In this document: positions 1 to 12,633 of the stretch, in pieces
Layout: every line of letters begins with the position of its first letter
Position numbering within the stretch: the first letter of the stretch is position 1
Source of the DNA: Klebsormidium nitens
Taxonomy: Eukaryota > Plantae > Klebsormidiophyceae
Assembly (NCBI GenBank): GCA_000708835.1
Contig: DF236968.1
Span: 1-64,000 of the forward strand
Direction of reading: 5' to 3'
Length of the DNA: 64,000 bases
Notes under the pieces: generated by a model
The model's database searches: none
What the model was told of the DNA's origin: nothing
Seen by the model: the letters and a program-made list of their open reading frames with translations, nothing else
Translations under genes and position numbers: made by a program

Positions 1-299
1 CCTTCCGCGCGCGCGCGGGCTCGCGTACAGCAGGGGATGACGAAGTGGCACTGTCCGCGAGGGGGTGACTCTTGGGCAGCACAATGGTGGCTTGGTGCTC
101 AACCACCATTCTTCTTGAATTTCGTGGGAAGATGATCGATTGACACTGCAGTTCCAATTCCAGAGATGGGGGCAAATTCCACTAGGCCAGAGGGGGGGTC
201 CCAAGCGGGTGTGCATCGCATGCCAAGTACCCATGGAACGTTTGTCCCGGGACATTATTTGAGTCGGTCCATAGACTAAATGAGCGCCCGGTGATTCGC

Positions 300-600
300 G
301 ACGGGATACAACCTGTGCGCTACGTACCTAGAGGTACCGTACCGGAGTCCAAGCTGGGTAGCGAAGCAGGAACCCACCGGTAGTACGGTAGCTAGTGCCT
401 AGGCTAGGTACCTACCTACCGTACTGCCAACTAGGTACCCGGGTAGGCAGGTAGCTAAGGTTCCAGGTACCGTACCGACTAGGTAGATACCGTAGTACGT
501 ACTGAGCCGGGCCGCTGAGGTACCGGTACCTACTCTTTACCAGCAATGTTGTACCGTAGGTAGACCCAGTACAGGGTAGACAGTACGGTACTTGCAGCCT
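300..600. repeat. GTAC/AGGTA-rich low-complexity tract
   Basis: About 17 GTAC tetramers (many as GGTACC) plus CCTAGG and TAGGTA words in roughly 280 bp. Confidence 0.6.
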
Positions 601-1319
601 TGGGGCGGTGTCGATCGGCTGAATTGCCACGAAGTGCTTTCGAAAAGTGGAGTGTTTGTCAGACTTCGGTAACCCTACGGGTATTCTTGCTTGAAGATTA
701 CAAGGTCCGAAGCTTTTGAAACTCGGTTCGAAGCATTTTTCCCACGGAGTGCAAATGCCGGAGCCGGAGCTGAATCGGCCGATAATTGCCCCGATTTTCC
801 GGCATTTTTGCGCGCCGCATTAAAATTCGGGGCGCAGTGCCGGCGCTGTCACCGGGCACGGCCGAGTATTATTTCGCGCGATATGTCCACGGTTTCTGCC
901 CGGATTGTGCCGCGATTTCCCGCCGGGCGAAAAACCACCATAACTGCCCCGTGCACGCACATAATCCTCCTTACCCTCCATCATGACTGGCGGCCGTAGC
1001 AAGCTGCAGAGTCAACTCATGCATTGTACCATCCCGGTCTCACCGGCAGACTTGCCCGATGGCTCAATGTGGCTAAAGGCGTTAATAAATCGTAAGTTAC
1101 CATCTCGATCTTTGAACTTAACCATCCAGAGTCGACGGTATACTATACATTGATTCATTATCCTGTGCGTGGCTCCATGGCATAGCGAGGGCAGCCATGC
1201 GGCAATACACGTCAATTTGTATTGAAATTATGAACGCTTTCTGTAAGACTAAAGGCCGCCCTCGGGCCTACCACTTGAAGCAAAATCTGGCCGTTGGTCA
1301 ACAACTACGCGTGATGCCT

Positions 1320-4300
1320 CTACTTAAGCTTACTCTTTACAGCGTCAATCTTGTCTTCAACAGCACTAGCAGTTGCTTCCAGCTCTTCTTCACTGGGCAG
1401 CAACCGCAAGAATGGCAATACTAGCAAACTCGAAAGATTCGTTATCAGCAGTAGCAAAGGCAAATTTGTAAACTCGGTACTCGTAATGCCGAGTGCGCCA
1501 GTTATCCAAGCTCCAATTGCTCCCCCTAGGACGCCCGCCCCGTTGCTTATTGACATGAGCGTGGCAAACAACGTGGCCTCGATCCCCTCCGGACAAATGC
1601 GTGCAGCTAAAACCAGAATTGGCATGAAGGAAACCTGCAAAGCGGAATCGTAAACTGATGAGTGGTCCAATACGACGCTGGCTTCCTCAGGCAAGGAGAA
1701 AACAACGAAGCACGCCGTAACAATCAGGGCTGGACGACTTGCTAAAGTTTGTTATCCTCAGTGAGTCTTCAAAAGCCCCGCTTTCGCAGGATTGAGCCTT
1801 CTCTCCTCTAAGCCCTTGGTAAGAGGTCTGGTCAAGGTCACAGCAAAATGTTGGTCTGTGAGGTTCACAATACGTCTCACAGGCCCTTCAGATTTGCAGA
1901 TTCGCAGACTAGAAAGTTAGCGCCGTGCTTTGGGGGCTATTAGGGGCGGGACTGAAGTCACTCGGATAACGGTTGCATTAAAGAATATTTGCAGCTTTGA
2001 GAGCTTCAAAGGAAGCTCAAGAGCAGGACCAACCACGTCCGAAAAGTCCACCAAGTCCACGCCACGTGTAGCCAGGACCGAGAGACCCTTTGCACTCCCG
2101 GCCCACAACCCACGGCTTTTTGGGCCCTAAGCAACTCTCGTTTTCGACAGTAAAACCCAAAAAAAGAATCATGATTGTAGCTGTTGTCTGGATACCGTCC
2201 GCACGACGAAGTCTCGTGATGTAAAAGTTCAGTCTGTTTGAGGTCCACCTCAGCCCACCCTTGGGTCCTCCTCTGTCCGAGGACGTGTCAACACGGGCAA
2301 ATCTCCATCAAACACTTTTCTGTTCTTTACTCTGGCAAGAGTCAAGTCTAAAGTTCAAATCTATGCGAATTCCATCACAAACTTTTCTGTATCTTTAAAA
2401 TGTCGATACTCATGTCCAGAGCTTGAAATTATGCGAAATCCCATCAAATTCCTGTTTCTTTCCACTGTCGATAGTCAAGTCCAGAGTTCGAAAATATGCG
2501 TAATCCCATCACAAGCTTTTCTGTTTCTTTCCACTGTCGATAGTCAAGTCCAGGGTTCGAAAATATGCAAAATCCTCTCACAAGCTTTTTTGTTTCTTTA
2601 CACTGTGAATAGTCAAGTTCAAAGCTCGAAGGTTTGCGAACCCCAAAAAAATCACTTTGGCGCTCTCACTTGGCCCGGTCTCGTCAGTACGAACGAATCC
2701 CAATCACAGACTTCTCTGATCCTTAGGGTCCAGAATCAGCTTTATGCCAAACCAAGTCAGACCAAAGTGGTATCTTACCTGCCCCAGAATTGTCAGCACG
2801 AGCGAGTCCCCATTGCAGACATTGAGTGTCTCGTGACACCGTCGATATAAAGTCGCTCTAGATCCGCCGTTAAGCGAACCCCGCCGTAAGGCGAACCCCA
2901 AAACAAACCACTTTTTTGCGCTCTCACCTGGCCCAGACCCGTCAGCACTAGCGAGACTCAATCACAGACCCTCTGTACCCTAGAGTCCAGAATGTAAGCT
3001 TATGCCAAACCAAGACTAACCAAGCTAATCGCTCACCTGCCCTAGAACCGTCATTACTCGCGAGCCCCCATCAAAGACATTGAGTGTTTCGTAATACCGA
3101 CAAGAATCAAGTCGCCCAGATCCGCCATCATGCGAAACCCCAATACAGAGCATTCCTTCTGCGCTCTCATCTGCCCCTTGACCGTCGACAAAGAGCGAGT
3201 CCCCATCATATCCTGGTTAGGTGTCCGCATTAGGAGATTATGTCAAATCAAGACAGACCAAGATGATCCCTCACCTGCTCCAGAACCGTCAGCGCGAGCG
3301 AGTCCCCATGATATCCTGGTTAATTGTCGAAAACAGGCGACTATACCAAACCCAAATCGACCCAACCGATAAACCCAAATCGACCAGACCGATCCCTCAC
3401 CTGCCCCAAGACCGTCAGCACGAGCAAGTCCAATCACCAGACTCTATACTTCCTAGGGCCCAAACAAGGTTACGCCAAACCAAGACCGACCAAACCAAGA
3501 CAGACCGAATTGGTACCTCACCTGCCCCAGGACCGTCGGCACGAGCGAGTCCCCCATCACACCCATTAAGTGTCTCGTAACACCGTCAGTAAGCAAGTCG
3601 CTCTAGATCCGCCGTCATGCGAAACCCCCAAAACATACCACTCTTTACGCGCTCCCACCTGCCCCAGGACCGTCAGCACGAGCGAGTCCCCCCCGTCATA
3701 TCCTAGTTACTCATCCAAGCTAGGCGGATATACCAAACCCAAATCCACCAGAGTGATCCCTCACCTGCCTCAGAACAGTCAGCACAAGCGAGTCCCCATT
3801 ATAGACTGGTTAATTGTCCGAAATAGGAGGTTATCCCAAACCAATGACAAACCAAACTGGTATCTCACCTGCCCCAGAACCGTCAGCACGAGCGAATCCC
3901 CCATCGCGAACCACTGGTCGTCGATCCCAAGCGCGCGGTTCGTCCCAGTCACCAGCAGAAGCTGCGACATTCCGAGCGTGCATCCGATAATTGTGGTCCA
4001 CTTGAAGATCCGGCGCAGCGGGACCTCTTTGAGGCTCGAGTTGAACAGCCCCACGCCCAGGAGCGAGGCCGCTGACGTCACCAGCCGGACGCGGCCGAGG
4101 AACTCGGGGCCGAAGTGGAGCTGGTTGGTGCTGAGGGGGACGCAGAGATAATGATGTTGTTCAGGCTTGGAAACGGCCATTACTCCGACGAGTCAGAGAA
4201 GGCCGACGGCCGACGTTGGCCCAACATGTGGTGCTTGTCAGATGGACTAGAAGTGTTAGAAACGATTCCATCATGTTTTGAGAGAATCAGGGTTTGCGAA

Positions 4301-7300
4301 GCTGAGCGATCAAGACTGGCCGTGGGTTCGAAAATTGACAGACCGGATCGAGAACAAGAGAAGATTCTCAAAGAACGCAGGAATGAGGACAGAAATAATT
4401 TGGATTCGACGGAATGGAGCTCACGGAAGGATTCAAAGAGGAAACCAAACTCGACGGCAAACTTCCAAGTTTCTGGTGGCGAGACTGTTCATAAACTGAT
4501 ATGGTCAACGGTGAAAGGAATATCGCTAGACAGGAGCGCGGTATCCAAAAAGTATCCAAAAAGAAGTAGAACTCTATTCGAGACCCTTGCAAGCGCCAAA
4601 CTTCGATGTCGCTTCCTGCGCTGCACCTGCGTTCCCACCTTCGTCAGACCCCAAACAGGAATCGAGTCGAAAGCCCGGGGTTGACTTTGCGGGGTTAACA
4701 ACTCACGTGAAGAAGAACATGGCCGTCTCCGACTGCGGCGTCGCTTGCCAGAAGAAGATGAAGAGCGTCGGCAGCAGAATCGCCGGTTCTCGTATCACCT
4801 CCCACAGGTAAAGCAACTGCTCTTTCGAAGTCTCGATCACCCCGGAGAGCCCCCCCGCCTCCGGGCCCTGTTTTTGGCTCCCCGGTTCCATACCCCCGCC
4901 TTCTATCGACTCTCCGTTCGCTGACAAGGCCTCGCTTCGGTGGCCGTTTTGGGAAACTGGTTCTGCGTGTCCGTTTTCGGTCGGGTGGGGCGTATTTACA
5001 TTGTCGACGGTGCTGGGGACGGAGTGGTGGTGAAAAGGGGCGGCGGGCTTTTCTTGGACAAGGCCTGCTACGGCAGAAGTGATGAGCGGTAGGAATGCTG
5101 TCACGCCAAACACAAACCTGCGAGGGACATAGAAATTGAGTGAGGAATGGAACTGTGTGTTGTTTTCATAAAAGCCAGAAATCTTTTTTCAACACTCAAT
5201 CTTGTCTTACTTTTGCGCTCTCTCTCTCAACCGTTTTTGCAGGCTAGGGAGGCGCGAGGTAAGGGCGTGCTTGCTAATCCAGACCGGCGAGTGGGGGCGA
5301 GCAAAAACACCAAGAAGAGAAGTAGACCAATGAAGATAAAGCAGGATTGAAACTGGCGACGAGGTCCAGTGTGCGCAGAGCCTTCAAGTCGTCTTTAAAT
5401 ACGCCCCCGATTCGTTTGAGAAGCGCGCCTAAGAGACAAAGAGGTCCAACGACGATGATCCGAGGTACTGTCTGTTCCGTCCCGTTACTCGTGTTAAACA
5501 AGCGGCATCGAATCAGGGCCCGCAAGCTCACCTCTCCCTTAACCAATTGACAAGCGAACAAAAGTGAGAAGTAAAGGCGCTTCGAAAAGCTTAGAGAAAC
5601 GTGCGCCTTGGAGGCGAGAGCCAACTTGAGTAACGGTTCGACACCCGGACGGTCCAAGTTCAAATGGCAGTTGAATTGAGCGGGATACGAAGCCACAAAT
5701 CTAACTGAAGTGGCGCTGCGCGAGAACCAAAAGAAGGCACCACACCCAGTCATCAAACCAAACGCTTGGAACCATTGAGCAGGGGTTCGGTCCTCAGTTG
5801 CGCAAATCGTGGTTCAGTCTCCGGGTTCTTGTTTAGAGTTCCACAACAGAAATCACACTATAGAAGCAAGCGCACCTGGTGCCGTATTCTTCGACAAGCG
5901 ACCCGCTAAAGTAGGCGCTGACAATGCCCCCTGCCGCGGACGAGCCCCAGCACAGCGACTGGAGGGACCCCGCCATCGACTGCGACTCCCCTCGAGCCCG
6001 CTCCACCACCATTGAGTCAACGACCTAAGTAAGGAAAGAGAGGGGCGGTCAGCGAGAGGGACCTGTCCGGGTTTGAGAACGTGACGCAAACTGTGAAGAT
6101 GGAGGCGAAGGGCAGACTCAGGAGAATTCAAATGGGATTAATTGTTTCGTACGGTGGTGAGAAGGAAGCTAGTGAAATTTGCAACAAACCCGGATGATTC
6201 TGAGCTCTGAACCTTTTCTAGTGTTGGTGAAAGATCCTCTGTTGTTAGATAAAATCGGGCTGGAAATAATGTCCAGCAAGTGAGGTCACTTGGCTGCAGG
6301 GGAATGGTCAAGAACAAGCGTCTGAACAAGCGTCGGAGCGGGCATATACCATGGCAAGCGTACTCAATGCTCTCCCAGCTCTTTTTCTGACAGAAGCTGG
6401 TGAGTAGCACATCAGTAGACATCTTCAATGACCACGGAAATCAAGAACTAATTCTTTCACGGGGCTGTTTCGAGGATATTTGAAAGCTTCGCCATTGCTG
6501 CAATCTGACATCGACCTCGAAAGTTGACAGAAAAACTGATCCTGAATGACCAGCATAGAAGACTCGGTAGACCAGACAATGGAAGTTCCGCAAAACCAGT
6601 GTCGCTGACTCGGTGACTGATTGAGGCGTGGGCACGCCATGTAATGCATCTGAGCGCCCTACAAAAAACGAGGGCGTCGAGCGGACGCCACCACTCATAG
6701 CGCCCCAGATTGAACGAGGGCCGGACGCATTATCCCCGACTTCTGAAGTACACGGGGTCCCTACCGGCGACACGCATCTTCTGTAAAACCCGAAGATCAG
6801 CCTGCGTATATCTTAGCAGCAAAGGCACTATTTGAGCTACGACAACATTTTCACAGTCGAATGCTTAAAGCCTCAGACAAACCAAAATAGCTCGAAGTCG
6901 ACAAAAAGCGAAGTCAACACTTGTTGTGGCCCATGGACCGAAGAGAGTGTAAACTCACCACATCCGAAAAGGCCACCGAAAGCGAGCTGAGCACGGTCGC
7001 AGCCACTGTCACGTATTTGTTATCCGCAAACAGCGCCAAATAACCCCACGAAGCGGCCCCGATCAGGCCGCAGAGAACGAGGTACGAGCGGCGCCGGTAG
7101 CCGAACAGGGGCAGCCCGTCGCTGATGAATCCGTAGATGGGTTTGATGAGCCAGGGAAAGGCGGAGATGCCGGTGAGGATTGCGGTCTGCAGGAAGAGGG
7201 ATACGTAAGAAATTATGCCAACTTGCCAAACAGATAAAACCGAGATTCACGGTGGTGTAGTAGTTTCTCGATAATGTCGGATTGGGGGCCATCAGATTCG

Positions 7301-8627
7301 AAGCTCCAGACGATGTTGCAGAAGAGGCGTCAACAACACTCTCGTTCTGCTACTGAGGAGAGGGAAGACATTCAAGGGAGCAGTGCAGGCCGCTGTGCAC
7401 TTCATTTGTGATGTTTGTTCCCACCTCTTAGAGCGAGCTCCTTGGATGACATCACAGGTTGGTCGAGCCCGCTCAAGTCGTATATCTTTCCTCTCGCATT
7501 TCTTATGTCAGATGCCCTTCTATCAGAACTCCAAAAGAGATTGATGTATTCTAGAGAAACAGACGGGTCTCGCCCCGTAGCTCAACCAGAAGTTCCTCCA
7601 GTCATTCTCTGAGCTTGAGTATCCCTAAAACTTTTTATCACCAAATTCTACCAGGTACAAACAGGTTCCTCACCTCTGCAGGATCGAGCCCCAGCTCATC
7701 TTTGAAGAAGAAGTTGACCGCTAGCCTCGACAGCCCCAAGACCCCCTGGACAAAGTACACCATTGCAATCGCCAATGTGTCCGGTGTCGCCTCCACCCCG
7801 AAAACATACCGCTTGTGTCGAGGGGGCGTAGGATCAAGAGGGGGCTGCTGATTGGTGGTTTCGGGGGGCGTGCTTGTGACATCGCGTGTTGAGGCTGGCG
7901 CTGAGTCTGCGGCAGCTGTGAGAAGAAAAGCTTGGTCAGAAACGCATTGTTTTGTGGACGCTTAGCTGAGCTGGATCTCAACCTACTAAGGGCAACTTAC
8001 TTAGTTTGTTCTTGAAGGAGAAAAGGAGGTCCTGAATGTTTTCATTCCTTAAAGTTTGACTGCGTTCAGAACCCATAAAGCCCCGCACCATGGTGTATTC
8101 TTTCTTTTCTGGCTTGAGAAGCTGTGTTTCTCCTTGAAACCCTGGAAAGCCAAAAATTGCACGGCCGCTTGCTTTGCTCTCACAACCATTCTGTCCCTTG
8201 TCAAAGACACCTTGCATGCAAGGCGTGGAAATCTCTGCAACCACTGTAGCTTACTTAAGCAGCAGGCGAAAATCCTGATTGGCGCCACTTCAGAACTAAC
8301 AGATGTATGCCCACCTTTTTCTGTTTGTTGACTATCCACCGAGGCCCTCAACCGCGAGTGCCGGGCGGTCATCTTGCCACTGCTCTTCGGCAACAACTGC
8401 CCCCCGTCAAAGCAACACCTGTCCTGGCTAACCCCTAACAAACGGCTCTGGGTTAAGGCAGCAGGTTTTCCTGCAACAACGCTGCGTTTATCCCCTTGAT
8501 CTGTCAGAATGCATGAGGTTAGCACCAAAGCCCTAGCAGCTGGGTTTTTTCTGGGCTGCTTTCTAGAAGCGAAGGCTCCTTGAGTCTGGGATAAAACATC
8601 CACACTTATGCACTTAGTAGCCGCCAT
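1320..8627 (-). CDS. FBT1: Folate-biopterin transporter (BT1/FBT family, MFS), probably plastid-targeted; 7 exons: about 8627-8315, 7916-7674, 7190-6959, 6021-5875, 5115-4703, 4140-3869, 1634-1320
   Basis: Spliced translation gives [29 protein letters not shown] / [26 protein letters not shown] / [16 protein letters not shown] / [14 protein letters not shown] / [39 protein letters not shown], hallmark motifs of plant and cyanobacterial BT1 folate transporters. The long Ser/Ala/Arg-rich N-terminal extension resembles a transit peptide. Confidence 0.93.
2298..2645. repeat. Degenerate tandem repeat, unit about 63 bp, 5-6 copies, in the last FBT intron
   Basis: Unit close to TATGCGAAATCCCATCACAAGCTTTTCTGTTTCTTTCCACTGTCGATAGTCAAGTCCAGAGTTCGAAAA is visibly repeated; two central copies are near-identical. 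Confidence 0.85.
2660..3868 (-). repeat. Exon-echo array: about 10 degenerate copies of the FBT exon 3' end plus donor site
   Basis: The plus-strand motif CTCACCTGCCCCAGGACCGTCAGCACGAGCGAGTCCCC (reverse complement encodes [11 protein letters not shown]|GTGAG) recurs near 2665, 2775, 2923, 3033, 3167, 3270, 3397, 3520, 3655 and 3765; the true boundary is at 3869. Confidence 0.9.
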
Positions 8628-9075
8628 CCTTGCATCCTGTCTGGGCCGCCGCCTTCTGAATAGAGGGTGATCGTCTTCCTTCTACGACGTGTTTGTGGCT
8701 TCTGATTGGACGGTGCAAGCTCCAGTTGGTTATAGACCTCGGTTGCTAGTGGGTCAACCCATGCTAGCCTAGGTTAGACGATAACCCTATGGTGCCCGAG
8801 GAGCCCGCTAGAGTTTTACAGATCGGCTTCTAGGTAATACAAGTCCTTTGAAAGAAGGGGAACGGTGGTCAACAGAAATAGGGTTCCAAGTTACGTTAGG
8901 AGTTCGATCGACAGGTTAAAGTCTAGCAACCCTAGGTTAATTTACGGTATGCCTATATGCTCAGCTAGCTAGCTCAGAGTCAGTGCTCAGGACAGAATGC
9001 ATGCATGGCACCAGCATAGAGACCAACACCATTGCTCCTGCGCAGGCGCCCTGGAACACTTCTGCCGCCAGAAGA
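8628..9075. promoter_or_regulatory. Putative bidirectional promoter between FBT and NDUFAF3
   Basis: Start codons are divergent and 448 bp apart; CCAAT-like CTGATTGG at about 8702, site-II-like TGGGCC at about 8642 and AACCCTA telo-box-like words. Motif function is inferred only. Confidence 0.4.
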
Positions 9076-11615
9076 ATGGCTTTCCAAGCTGCACGAGCTG
9101 CTCTTCAGCGGAAACTTCAGCTTCCATGCATGTGCCGGCCTCTGCAAACTCTTGCGAGTCCAACTTCCGTTGAATGTGGCTTCTCAGCAGCCCCATCTGA
9201 AGCGCGGGGTGGTGGTCATGAAGACCTTAAGCAGGGACAGGCTGCTGAATTGCTTCAAAGAGATCTTCCAGAAACTTCAGGGCGGTCGCAATCAGGAGGC
9301 TACCGCCACCAACGATGTGGGGCAGATGCTGACTTTCAGAAGATGCTCTCAATTGGTGGGAGGTATGGTTATTCAGTACTTTGATGAAGTTAAGGCTTCC
9401 AGCAGTCTCTGTCGTCCCTTCGCTGGTCCACGTCTGTTGGCCGCTGTTTCTGTGATTTGCTGTTTGAGTCCCGTTTGGATCCTTGTTTGTGGTTCTTCTG
9501 AGTCATCCAGCATGAGTCAAGCGGTTATAGACATCAATGCACCACCACCTATCCATCTCTTAGTGAACGGTCTTCAAGATGATCAGTACATTTCATGCAA
9601 GCCGGGTCTCCAGGACAGGTGTGATCGGTTCAGAGCTGAGAATGTTGTGTTTGGTTGATCTTGACAAGCTTCTTTGTGTTGGCAGGAGACGGTTGATGAC
9701 CATGGCGCGTGTTGAGGACTTCAATGTGCTGTCAGGGGCAGCAGAGGCTGGTCAGCGAGTGAACATAGACGCGTGAGTGCGCTGCCTTAATGCCCCCAGT
9801 GTAACAATCATCCTTTGCTGACACGCAAGGTGCGAATCTTTGATTGCCGGCCTCCTGTCATTCAATCCAGGACGGATGTTTTGAGCTCTCTTCTTCATCG
9901 AAACAGTCCTGGTGAATCGTCGTACAAGTGAAAAAGTCCTGCATATCATGGGAGAGGCTCGAATTAGGCCCAGTGTATGTCCGAAATAGAGCACATCGGA
10001 GACTGAAAAGCAGTCGATTGCAATTGCCATCGGACTGCCGAACCTCCTGTGAATTGAAGGGGCTCAATGATACAAAGCCTTTGTGATGGGCGGACACGAA
10101 GAAAGAATCTGGTCAGAGTTTTCTGATCGGGCCCTAGGCAGAAGCGTCTCCCAAGACTGCCCTTATCTGGACGAGCCTTTACACCTACAAGCACGCCAAC
10201 CAAGTCGCTCCTTTAATGCTTACTTTTTCAAGGTGACATTTGCCTTTCAATCCAACTTTCCCGTACACCAAGCCCGAGGCCGCGTAAGCAGAAATCAACA
10301 AAACTATCTTGAGCAATGAAGGAGCTCGAATGATAGTCACCTGGAGTTGTGACAAAGAGAGGAGTTCGTTCCGTGCCTGCAGTTACGACGAGACGGGATT
10401 CGTGGTGGACGGGGTAGACATCCGTGGCGCCATTGTCTGCTTCGGCAACTCGACCTTCCGGTGGAACGTCAGCAGCATTGCTGACGTCACCCCCGACAGC
10501 CTGGCAATTTTCGAAGCCATCCGGCCAGCTCCAGGTGCGACGTCTGACCAACCCTTCACCCGTTGCTAAGCCTTCACGAGAGCTGAGTGTTCGGGACATC
10601 AGTTTACGCGTTCTGGCCTTTGGCATGCGACCTCAGACCTCACAAGATTAGATTGTCTGCACCGAATAGCCTAAATGTAAGCCGTTCATGAACTGGCTTC
10701 CGTCCTTTTGTAACGCCAAAGATTGGCGTCTTCTGGGCGGGCCTGGCTGCTTCAAAGGCGGTTCGAATGCGGGGGTTCGCGATAACGCAATCTCGAAAGA
10801 AAACGATCGAAGGTCGCTTGTGGGCTGGTGAAGGTTTACGGTCAAGATCGGACGGGTGCTGTACGGATTATTTGAGCGCAGACTCAAAACCGAAGCCCCT
10901 GTCTCTGAGCTGGCAAAAACTTGCAATATCGGCCCAGATCCAATTTCGATCTCAATCAGCGGGCCTCTCAGATACCCCAAACACGTGGATCCGCCGCGTT
11001 TCTCACCGCCCTTGGGACCTCTCGAATGCTGGTCTCTTGCCGTACATGAACTTGAAGTCCCCCTCCTAGCTCTCGCTCGACTGTTGCCAGCTGTTTCAAT
11101 TGAACGCCAGCTGTCGCTCCCGCAGAGTTGCTAGTCCTCGGATGCGGCTCCCACATGGTCCCGGTCAGCAAGGAGGTACGGAGCTTCTTGCGCAAACACG
11201 GCATCGGGCTGGAGCCCGAGTCGACGGTGAGTTCAGCTCTGCCTTTTCTTTTCCCCTTGCGGGATGCGGCTTTCTTTGGTTTCTACTTATGGGGTCGAGT
11301 GTCTTCCCTTCGCGAGACGCAGTCCCCTTCGTCATGTTGTGGAAATGTTCAGATGGTCCGAGCACGATGAAAGTCGGAACCTTTCAAAGCTGCTAGATGC
11401 CGATTGCGGTATCTATTCCAAGCATAGACCTGCGAAATATCGTAAGGAACAATTTGCAGACACCAACAATCGCCTTGAGATGCATATGTTGTGGCATGCT
11501 GAGCTTGTGCTTTGTGCTTTGTGCACAGGCAAACGCGGCAGGCACTTTCAATGTCCTGAATGAAGAGGGTAGGAAAGTCGCAGCGGCACTGCTGCCGGCC
11601 ACGGAGATTAGATGA
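9076..11615 (+). CDS. NDUFAF3: Mitochondrial complex I assembly factor NDUFAF3 (Mth938-like domain); 5 exons: about 9076-9362, 9686-9771, 10383-10534, 11077-11227, 11529-11615
   Basis: Spliced: VNIDAYDETGFVVDGVDIRGAIVCF...WNVSSIADVTPDSLAIFEAIRPAPELLVLGCG...IGLEPESTANAAGTFNVLNEEGRKVAAALLP*. Intron phases are consistent; this is the typical Mth938/NDUFAF3 signature with a presequence-like N-terminus. Confidence 0.92.
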
Positions 11616-12633
11616 TATCCGACGGTGGACCGACAATCGCACGACAGCCATTTAGCGCAACTTAGGTTGGTGTGAACCGAGCGCAGTAAAAAGCAATCAA
11701 TCGACTACGCTGCAAGAATGCCCGCTTGTTCAACTATGGTGTAGAGCAACTCTTGAGAGGCCGCGGGGTTTCGGGGTTTCGAGCCTCTGTGTCGCGCAAT
11801 TTGGGACGGGTTCGACCTTGATTCCTTTGACAGCTAGCTGCACGGTTAACGACTCCGACAATTAAAATTGCAGACGAGCAAGCAGCTAGCATGCCATAAT
11901 ATCAAATAGGAGGGCCAGCAGTCCCCATGTCATCGCCGTCAGCTGTTTCTGCTGATTCGATTTGCCCTTTCTGACGTGAATGCGGCGGCCATTTGCTTTC
12001 AAGATTGCGACCGATGAATTGCACTCATGCGTCCGATTGCACCTACAATCAATTATAATATCTCGGATTCGGGCAGTCCTGCATGTGCATCGCATGATGA
12101 TTGATCACTGTACTTCGTGCAGTCCAGCATGTGGCATTTTCGGACTCCTATAACCAATTGACCTGCCAGACGGTATGGTGCAAGTTACCGTACCAGGCCA
12201 TGGGATGAATAATTATCCATCACATGTGCGAATGTAGTAAAGCTTATGATTACCCAGTTGATCTAGGTGCAGCCGGACACTATACGTCGATCCCTTAAGT
12301 CACTTATAAGTAGCCGCTGCCCGCGGACGATGAGTCACTGCATTGAACCGTAACAATTCTAATCGAATCATTGCCCAACTTCCACAAAATTGTGTTTTCT
12401 TCGTGGCTTGGATCAAACGGCAACTCATGAATACGGAGATGGTCCAACGTGCAGACCGTCTCCTATGCAAGCAACCTAGCTATCAGTAGAGTGTTCCTCG
12501 GCGTGTTAACCTCGGGAAACCGTCCGGGAAAGTACAGTGAAGGCGTCGCATTATTCCAGTAAAGTTGATGTCAAGAGTGTCTATCATCGAGGGTCACCGT
12601 GACACGTGATGCGTGCCGCGGCTGAGCCTTTCA

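Noticed and set aside
1320-1340. FBT C-terminus ...VKSKLK resembling PTS1
   Set aside because: SKL is not terminal (followed by K) and the protein is a membrane transporter with a transit-like N-terminus.
2660-3868. Regular repeat-spacer pattern superficially like a CRISPR array
   Set aside because: Eukaryotic intron; the repeats derive from the host exon, the spacers are homologous to each other, and there are no cas genes.
2431-4151. Several 80-190 aa ORFs with repetitive translations
   Set aside because: They are by-products of the echo array and minisatellite inside the FBT intron, antisense to the gene.
10740-11830. GTTCGA words suggestive of tRNA T-loops (about 10760, 11810)
   Set aside because: No cloverleaf stems or A-box could be formed.
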